Below, piece after piece: positions 55,001-64,000 of a DNA stretch of 64,000 nucleotides. This stretch comes from Chrysomallon squamiferum (lineage: Eukaryota; Animalia; Mollusca). Below the pieces are notes generated by a model that ran no database searches, was not told the origin of the DNA, and was given only the letters and a program-made list of their open reading frames with translations. The DNA lies in NCBI GenBank assembly GCA_012295275.1, contig CM022679.1, positions 31,558,001 through 31,622,000 of the forward strand, written 5' to 3'. Every line of letters starts with the position of its first letter. Positions within the stretch are counted from its first letter, which is position 1. A program made the position numbers and the translations under genes.

Positions 55001-58000
55001 GGGTTAAAAGTTAGTATTATGGTTAGATTTTTTTTCTTTTTACCTTATGAGTTAGGGTTAAAGTTATTATTATGGTTAGATTTAGTTATCTGTTTTATTA
55101 TTATTAAAGTTAGGGTTAAGATTTTAGTGTTTATTTATTTATTGTTTTAGTATTTAGATTTTAGTTTTTGTTTACCTTATGACTAGGGTTAAAGTTATTA
55201 TTATGTTTTAGATTTAGTTTATCTGTTTACCTTATGACTAGGGTTAAAGTTTTTATGGTTAAAGTTATTTTTATATGTTAGGTTAATTTTTAGTTATTTG
55301 TTTTATTTAGTTATCTGTTTAGGGTTAAAGTTTATTATGGTTAGATTTAGTTATTTGTTTACCTTATGACTAGGGTTAAAGTTAGTATTATGGATTTAGA
55401 TTTAGTTATCTGTTTTACCTTATGACTAGGGTTAAAGTTAGTATTATGGTTAGATTTAGTTATCTGTTTACCTTATGACTAGGGTTAAAGTTAGATTATT
55501 TTAGATTTAGTTTATCTACCTTTTACCTTATGTTAAAGGGTTAAAGTTAGTATTATGGTTAGATTTAGTTATCTTTTTTACTTTTATGACTAGGGTTAAA
55601 AGTTAGTATTATTATTTAGATTTAGTTATCTGTTTACCTTATGACTAGGGTTAAAGTTAGTATTATGGTTAGATTTAGTTATCTGTTTACCTTATGACTA
55701 GGGTTAAAGTTAGTATTATGGTTAGATTTAGTTATCTGTTTTACCTTTATTTAGGGTTAAAGTTATTTATTATTGGTTAGATTTAGTTATCTTTTACTTT
55801 TATGATTAGGGTTAAAGTTATTATTATGGTTAGATTTTATTTATCTGTTTTTTACCTTATTTTAGGGTTGTTTATTTATTTGGATTTAGATTTAGTTATC
55901 TGTTTACCTTATGAGTTAGGGTTAAAGTTTATTATGGTTAGATTTAGTTTATTGTTTTACCTTTTATGACTAGGGTTTAAAGTTAGTATTATGGTTAGAT
56001 TTAGTTATCTGTTTACCTTATGACTAGGGTTAAAGTTAGTATTATGGTTAGTTTTTAGTTTATTTGTTTTTTATTTTAGGGTTAAAGTTATATTACTAGG
56101 GTTAATCTGTTTAGTATTTATTTAGATTTAGTTTATTTGTTTACCTTATGACTAGGGTTAAATTTAGTTATTATATTAGATTTAGATTTTAGTTATCTGT
56201 TTACTTTTATGACTAGGGTTAAATTTAGTATTATGGATTTAGATTTAGTTATCTGTTTTACCTTATGACTAGGGTTAAAGTTATTATTTTGGATTTAGTT
56301 ATTTTATTTTCTGTTTTTTTATGACTAGGGTTTAGTATTATGGTTAGATTTAGTTTTACCTTTTATTGTTTTATTATGTTATTTTTATGGTAGTTATTTA
56401 GTTTTATCTTTTTTATTTTACTAGGGTTAAAGTTGTTATTATTTGGTTAGATTTATTTATCTGTTTTAGTTTATTACTAGGGTTAAATTTATTTATTATG
56501 GATTTAGATTTATTTATCTGTTTGTTTACCTTATGACTAGGGTTAAAGTTTAGTATTATGATTTAGATTTAGTTATCTGTTTACCTTATGACTAGGGTTA
56601 AAGTTAGTAATTGGTTATGATTTAGTTATTTGTTTATTTGTTTTTACCTTATGACTAGGGTTAAAGTTAGTATTTGGTTAGATTTATTTATTTGTTTACC
56701 TTATGACTAGGGTTAAAGTTAGTATTATGGTTAGATTTAGTTATCTGTTTATTATTATGGTTAATTTAGTTTATCTGTTTAGTTATGACTAGGGTTAATT
56801 TTATTATTATGTATTATTTAGATTTAGTTATCTTTTTACCTTATTACTAGGGTTAAAGTTAGTATTATGGTTAGATTTTTTTATCTGTTTTACCTTATGA
56901 CTAGGGTTAAAGTTAGTATTATGGTTGGTTAGATTTAGTTATCTGTTTTACCTTATTACTAGGGTTAAATTTATTATTATGGTTTTATTTAGTTTTATCT
57001 TTTTACCTTATGACTAGGGTTAAAGTTAGTATTATTTAGATTTAGATTTTTTTTATATCTTTTACCTTATGACTAGGGTTAAAGTTAGTATTATGGTTAG
57101 ATTTAGTTATCTGTTTTACCTTATGACTAGGGTTAAAAGTTAGTATTATGGTTAGATTTTTAGTTATTTACCTTTTACCTTATGACTAGGGTTAAAGTTA
57201 TTATTATGGTTAGATTTAGTTATCTGTTTTACCTTTTGGTTAGGGTTAAATTTAGTTATCTGTTTTTGTTGTTATTATGTTTAGGGTTAAAGTTAGTATT
57301 ATGGTTAGATTTAGTTATCTGTTTACTTTTATGGGTTAGGGTTAAAGTTAGTATTATGGTTAGATTTAGTTATCTGTTTACCTTATTAGGGTTAAAGTTA
57401 GTATTATGGTTAGATTTAGTTATCTGTTTACCTTAGTTTTAGGGTTAAAGTTATTATTATGGTTTTATTTATTTTATTTTATTACTAGGGTTTTTAGTAT
57501 TATTTAGATTTGGTTTATCTTTTACCTTATGGTTAGGGTTAAAGTTTTATTATGGTTAGATTTTAGTTATCTTTTTTACCCTTATGAGTTAGGGTTAAAG
57601 TTAGTATTATGGTTAGATTTAGTTATCTGTTTACCTTATGACTAGGGTTAAAGTTAGTATTATGGTTAGATTTAGTTATCTGTTTACCTTATGACTAGGG
57701 TTAAAGTTAGTATTATGGTTAGATTTAGTTATCTTTTTTACCTTATGACTAGGGTTAAAGTTTAGTTATTAAATTTTTAGTATTATTTTTAGATTTAGTT
57801 ATTTATCTGTTTACCTTATGACTAGGGTTAAAGTTTATATTTTATTTAGATTTAGTTGTTTTTTTTCTTTTTTATTAGTTAGGGTTAAATTTAGTTTTAT
57901 TTAGATTCTGTTTCTATGACTAGGGTTTATGGTTATTAGGGTTAGTTATCTGTTTATTATTATTATTTAGATTTAGTTATCTTTTAGTTATTTTATGACT

Positions 58001-61000
58001 AGGGTTAAAGTTATTATTTGGTTAGATTTAGTTATCTGTTTACCTTATGACTAGGGTTAAAGTTTTATTATGGTTTTATTTTTATCTGTTTACCTTTATG
58101 ACTAGGGTTAAAGTTATTATTATTTGGTTAGATTTAGTTATCTTTTTTACCTTATGACTAGGGTTAAAGTTAGTATTATGGATTTAGATTTAGTTATCTG
58201 TTTACCTTATGACTAGGGTTAAAGTTATTATTATGGTTAGATTTAGTTATCTTTTTACCTTATGACTAGGGTTAAAGTTAGTATTATGGTTAGATTTAGA
58301 TTTAGTTTTATCTGTTTTACTATTAGTTAGGGTTAGTAGTTAGTATTTTAGATTTATTTATTATTGTTTACCTTATGACTACTATTTAAAGTTAGTATTA
58401 TGGTTAGATTTAGTTATCTGTTTACTTATGACTAGGGTTAAAGTTAGTTTAGTATTATGGTTAGATTTAGTTTTCTGTTTTACCTTATGACTAGGGTTAA
58501 AGTTAGTATTATGGTTTTAGATTTAGTTTATCTGTTTTACCTTATTTTAGGGTTAAAGTTAGTATTTATGGTTAGATTTGTTTATCTTTTTACCTTATGA
58601 CTAGGGTTAAAGTTAGTATTATGGTTAGATTTAGTTATCTGTTTTACCTTATGACTTTAGGGTTAAAGTTTAGTATTATGATTTAGATTTAGTTATCTGT
58701 TTGTTTACCTTATTAGGTTAAAGTTAGTATTATGGATTTAGATTTATTTCTGTTATTATGACTAGGGTTAAAGTTTATTTATGGTTAGATTTTTATCTGT
58801 TTACCTTATGACTAGGGTTAAAGTTAGTATTATTATGGTTAGATTTAGTTATCTGTTTCCCTTATGACTAGGGTTAAAGTTAGTATTATGGATTTAGATT
58901 TAGTTTATCTTTTTTTACTAGGGTTAAAGTTAGTATTATGGTTAGTTATTTAGTTTATCTGTTTTACCTTATGACTAGGGTTAAAGTTATTATTATTTTA
59001 GATTAGTTTATCTGTTTACCTTATGACTAGGGTTAAAGTTAGTATTATTATGGATTTAGATTTAGTTATCTGTTTTTACCTTATGACTAGGGTTAAGTTT
59101 ATTATTATGGTTAGATTTAGTTATCTTTTTACCTTATGACTAGGGTTAAAGTTAGTATTAGTTATTTAGATTTATTTATCTGTTTACCTTATGACTAAAG
59201 GTTAAAGTTAGTATTATGGTTAGATTTTTAGTTATTGTTTTTTACTTTATGACTAGGGTTAAAGTTTATTATGGTTAGATTTAGTTATCTGTTTTATTTA
59301 TGATTAGGGTTTAAGTTTATTTATTTTATTTAGTTATCTGTTTACCTTATTATTAGGGTTAAAGTTATATTTTATTTTTATTCTGTTTCTGTTTTATGAC
59401 TAGGGTTAAAGTTAGTATTATGGTTTTTTATTTATTTATTTTTATTTTACTAGGGTTTAGTATTATGGTTAGATTTAGTTATCTTTTTTTAGTATTAAAG
59501 TTTATATTTAGATTATGGTTATTGTTTACCTTATGATTTAGGGTTAAAGTTAGTATTATGGTTAGATTTAGTTATCTATTTTACTTATGTTAGGGTTAAA
59601 GTTAGTATTATGGTTAGATTTAGTTATCTGTTTTTACCTTATGACTAGGGTTAAAGTTAGTATTATGGATTTAGATTTATTTATCTGTTTTTACCTTATG
59701 ACTAGGGTTTAAAGTTAGTTATTATGGTTAGATTTAGTTATCTGTTTTACCTTATGACTAGGGTTAAAGTTAGTATTATGGTTAGATTTAGATTTAGTTA
59801 TCTGTTTTACCTTATGACTAGGGTTAAAGTTTAGTATTATGGTTAGATTTAGTTATCTGTTTTTACCCTTATGACTAGGGTTAAAGTTTATTATTATGGT
59901 TAGATTTAGTTATCTTTTTACCTTATGACTAGGGTTAAAGTTAGTATTATGGTTAGATTTAGTTATCTGTTTACCTTATGACTAGGGTTAAAGTTAAATT
60001 TAGTATTATGGTTAGATTTAGTTATCTGTTTACTTATTATGTTAGGGTTTAAAATTATGGTTAGTATTAGATTTAGATTTGTTTATCTTTTTACCTTTTG
60101 TTTAGGGTTAAATTAGTTAGTTATTTTGGTTAGATTTAGTTATCTGTTTTTTACCTTATGAGTTAGGGTTTAAAGTTAGTATTATGGTTAGATTTAGTTA
60201 TCTCTGTTTACCTTATGACTAGGGTTAAAGTTAGTATTATGGTTAGATTTTTAGTTATCTGTTTTTACCTTATGACTAGGGTTAAAGTTATTATTATGGT
60301 TAGATTTAGTTATCTGTTTTTTATGACTAGGGTTTATATTATGGTTTTATTTATTTATTGTTTACCTTTTTTTATTATGGTTAGATTTAGTTATCTGTTT
60401 TACCTTATGACTAGGGTTAAAGTTAGTATTATGGTTAGATTTATTTTATCTGTTTTACCTTATGACTAGGGTTAAAGTTAGTATTATGGTTAGATTTAGT
60501 TATCTGTTTTTTACTAGGGGTAAAGTTAGGGTTAAAGTTAGTATTATGGTTAGATTTTTAGTTATCTGTTTACCTTTATCTGTTTTAGGGTTAAAGTTAT
60601 TATTATATTTAGATTTTAGTTTTATCTGTTTTACCTTATGACTAGGGTTAAAGTTAGTTATTATGGTTTAGATTTAGTTATTTGTTTACCCTTATATGGT
60701 TAGGGTTAAAGTTAGTATTATGGTTAGATTTAGTTATCTGTTTACCTTATGACTAGGGTTAAAGTTATTATTATGGTTAGATTTAGTTATCTGTTTACCT
60801 TTTATGACTAGGGTTAAAAGTTAGTATTATGGTTAGATTTAGTTATCTGTTTACCTTATGACTAGGGTTAAAGTTAGTATTATGGTTAGATTTACTTATT
60901 TATTTGGTTATTTTTATTTATTAGATTTTTTACCTTATGACTAGGGTTAAAGTTAGTATTATGGTTAGATTTAGTTATCTGTTTACCTTATGACTAGGGT

Positions 61001-62909
61001 TAAAGTTAGTATTATGGTTAGATTTAGTTTATCTTTTTACCTTATGACTAGGGTTAAAGTTAGTATTATAGATTTAGATTTAGTTATCTGTTTTTACCTT
61101 ATGACTAGGGTTTAAAGTTAGTATTATGGTTAGATTTAGTTATCTGTTTTACCTTATGACTAGGGTTAAAGTTAGTATTATTATGGTTAGATTTAGTTAT
61201 CTGTTTACCTTATGACTAGGGTTAAAGTTAGTATTATGGTTAGATTTAGTTTGTTTATTTATTAGGGTTTAGTATTATGGTTTAGATTTTTTATCTTATT
61301 ATTAGGGTTAACTTAGGGTTTAGTATTATGGTTAGATTTAGTTATCTGTTTACCTTATGACTAGGGTTAAAGTTAGTATTATGGTTAGATTTAGTTATCT
61401 GTTTTACCTTATGACTAGGGTTAAAGTTAGTATTATGGTTAGATTTAGTTATATCTTTTTACCTTATGACTAGGGTTAAAGTTAGTATTATGGATTTAGA
61501 TTTAGTTATCTGTTTACCTTATGACTAGGGTTAAAGTTAGTATTATGGTTAGATTTAGTTATCTGTTTACCTTATGACTAGGGTTAAAGTTAGTATTATG
61601 GTTAGATTTAGTTATCTGTTTTTACCTTATGACTAGGGTTAAAGTTAGTATTATTTAGATTTTTTATCTTTTTTATCTGTTTACCTTATACTAGGGTTAA
61701 AGTTTATTATGGTTAGATTTAGTTTCTGTTTTACCTTATGACTAGGGTTAAAGTTAGTATTATGGTTAGATTTAGTTATCTTTTTATGACTTATTACTAG
61801 GGTTAAATTTAGTTATTATGGTTAGATTTAGATTTAGTTATCTATTTTTACTGTTTTATGACTAGGGTTAAAAGTTAGTATTATGGTTAGATTTAGTTAT
61901 CTGTTTTACCTTATGACTAGGGTTAAAGTTTAGTATTATGGTTAGATTTAGTTATCTGTTTACCTTATGACTAGGGTTAAAGTTAGTATTATGGTTAGAT
62001 TTAGTTATCTGTTTACCTTATGACTAGGGTTAAAGTTAGTATTATGGTTAGATTTAGTTATCTGTTTACCTTATGACTAGGGTTAAAGTTAGTATTATTA
62101 TATGATTTAGATTTTTAGTTATCTGTTTACCTTATGACTAGGGTTAAAGTTATTATTATGGATTTAGATTTTTATCTGTTTACCTTATGACTAGGGTTAA
62201 AGTTAGTATTATGGATTTAGATTTTAGTTATCTGTTTACCTTATGACTAGGGTTAAAGTTAGTATTATATTTAGATTTAGTTATCTTTTTTTTACCTTAT
62301 GACTAGGGTTAGGGTTAAAGTTAGTATTATGGTTAGATTTAGTTATCTGTTTTTACCTTATGACTAGGGTTAAAAGTTATTATTATGGATTTAGATTTAG
62401 TTATCTGTTTACCTTATGACTAGGGGGTTAAAGTTGGTTATTATGGTTAGATTTAGTTATCTGTTTACCTTATGACTAGGGTTAAAGTTAGTATTATGGT
62501 TAGATTTAGTTATCTGTTTACCTTATGACTAGGGTTAAAGTTAGTATTATGGTTAGATTTAGTTATCTGTTTACCTTATGACTAGGGTTAAAGTTAGTAT
62601 TATGGTTAGATTTAGTTATCTGTTTACCTTATGACTAGGGTTAAAGTTAGTATTATGGTTAGATTTAGTTATCTGTTTACCTTATGACTAGGGTTAAAGT
62701 TAGTATTATGGTTAGATTTAGTTATCTGTTTACCTTATGACTAGGGTTAAAGTTAGTATTATGGCTAGATTTAGTTATCTGTTTACCTTATGACTAGGGT
62801 TAAAGTTAGTATTATGGTTAGATTTAGTTATCTGTTTACCTTATGACTAGCGTTAAAGTTAGTATTATGGTTAGATTTAGTTATCTGTTTACCTTATCAC
62901 TAGCTTGTG
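43061..62909 (+). repeat. 53-bp satellite, consensus TTAGTATTATGGTTAGATTTAGTTATCTGTTTACCTTATGACTAGGGTTAAAG, roughly 370 copies by length
   Basis: Period counted directly (43061 to 43114). Clean at both ends, noisy in the middle. Confidence 0.97.
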
Positions 62910-63109
62910 NNNNNNNNNNNNNNNNNNNNNNNNNNNNNNNNNNNNNNNNNNNNNNNNNNNNNNNNNNNNNNNNNNNNNNNNNNNNNNNNNNNNNNNNNNN
63001 NNNNNNNNNNNNNNNNNNNNNNNNNNNNNNNNNNNNNNNNNNNNNNNNNNNNNNNNNNNNNNNNNNNNNNNNNNNNNNNNNNNNNNNNNNNNNNNNNNNN
63101 NNNNNNNNN
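62910..63109. other. Scaffold gap, 200 N
   Basis: Run of N. Confidence 0.98.
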
Positions 63110-63140
63110 TTGGTATACTTCAGTTCAGTTACGTATTGCT
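63110..63140 (+). other. Untrimmed Oxford Nanopore ligation adapter (artefact)
   Basis: TATACTTCAGTTCAGTTACGTATTGCT versus adapter AATGTACTTCGTTCAGTTACGTATTGCT; the last 18 nt are identical; it sits at the very start of a contig. Confidence 0.93.
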
Positions 63141-64000
63141 AGTTATGGTTTTTACCTTATGACTAGGGTTAAAGTTAGTATTATGGCTAGATTTAGTTAT
63201 CTGTTTACCTTATGACTAGGGTTAAAGTTAGTATTATGGTTAGATTTAGTTATCTGTTTACCTTATGACTAGGGTTAAAGTTAGTATTATGGCTAGATTT
63301 AGTTATCTGTTTACCTTTGACTAGGGTTAAAGTTAGTATTATGGCTAGATTTAGTTATCTGTTTACCTTATGACTAGGGTTAAAGTTAGTATTATGGTTA
63401 GATTTAGTTATCTGTTTACCTTATGACTAGGGTTAAAGTTAGTATTATGGTTAGATTTAGTTATCTGTTTACCTTATGACTAGGGTTAAAGTTAGTATTA
63501 TGGCTAGATTTAGTTATCTGTTTACCTTTTGACTAGGGTTAAAGTTAGTTATGGTTAGATTTAGTTATCTGTTTTTTATTTTGACTAGGGTTAAAGTTAG
63601 TTATTATGGTTAGATTTAGTTATCTGTTTTACCTTTTTTACTAGGGTTAAAGTTAGTTATTATGGTTAGATTTAGTTATCTGTTTACCTTATGACTAGGG
63701 TTAAAGTTAGTATTATGGTTAGATTTAGTTATCTGTTTACCTTATGACTAGGGTTAAAGTTAGTATTATGGCTAGATTTAGTTATCTGTTTACCTTATGA
63801 CTAGGGTTAAAGTTAGTATTATGGTTAGATTTAGTTATCTGTTTACCTTATGACTAGGGTTAAAGTTATGGTTATTTAGTTATTATGTTTATGGTTACTA
63901 GATTTAAAGTTAGTTATGGCTGATTTAGTTTTATTTTTTATGACTAGGTTAAAAGTTTAGTATTATGGTTAGATTTAGTTATCTGTTTACCTTATTTACT
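63141..64000 (+). repeat. Continuation of the 53-bp satellite, same orientation
   Basis: Same consensus; the GGCTAG variant is more frequent here. Confidence 0.95.

Noticed and set aside
45092-60469. ORFs inside the satellite
   Set aside because: Chance frames in noisy monomers; 53 is not a multiple of 3 and the consensus is full of stops.

Overview
AT-rich, microsatellite-dense animal genomic DNA with GT-AG introns. The texture is mollusc/cephalopod-like, but that is inference only. The ORF track is almost all repeat noise; the real coding content sits in very small exons found by reading splice sites. Bases 1-42860 are a duplicated and partly inverted cluster of at least three families of small secreted-peptide precursor genes that I do not recognise. 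Family A has about five copies of a 58-67 aa prepropeptide with a conserved signal peptide and tail around a variable mature region; two copies encode Q...-GKR, predicting pyroGlu, amidated 12-mers. Gene B has a signal exon plus four tandem 39-nt exons, each encoding one KR-flanked acidic peptide. Gene C, on the minus strand, is a chain of 12-30 nt micro-exons that spells ...IGW-GR... and ...LSRF-G. A truncated SRCR gene fragment lies inside the cluster. After a 200-N gap, 43061-64000 is a 53-bp satellite made of degenerate TTAGGG-like units. An untrimmed Oxford Nanopore adapter follows the second gap, so single-base details need read-level confirmation.
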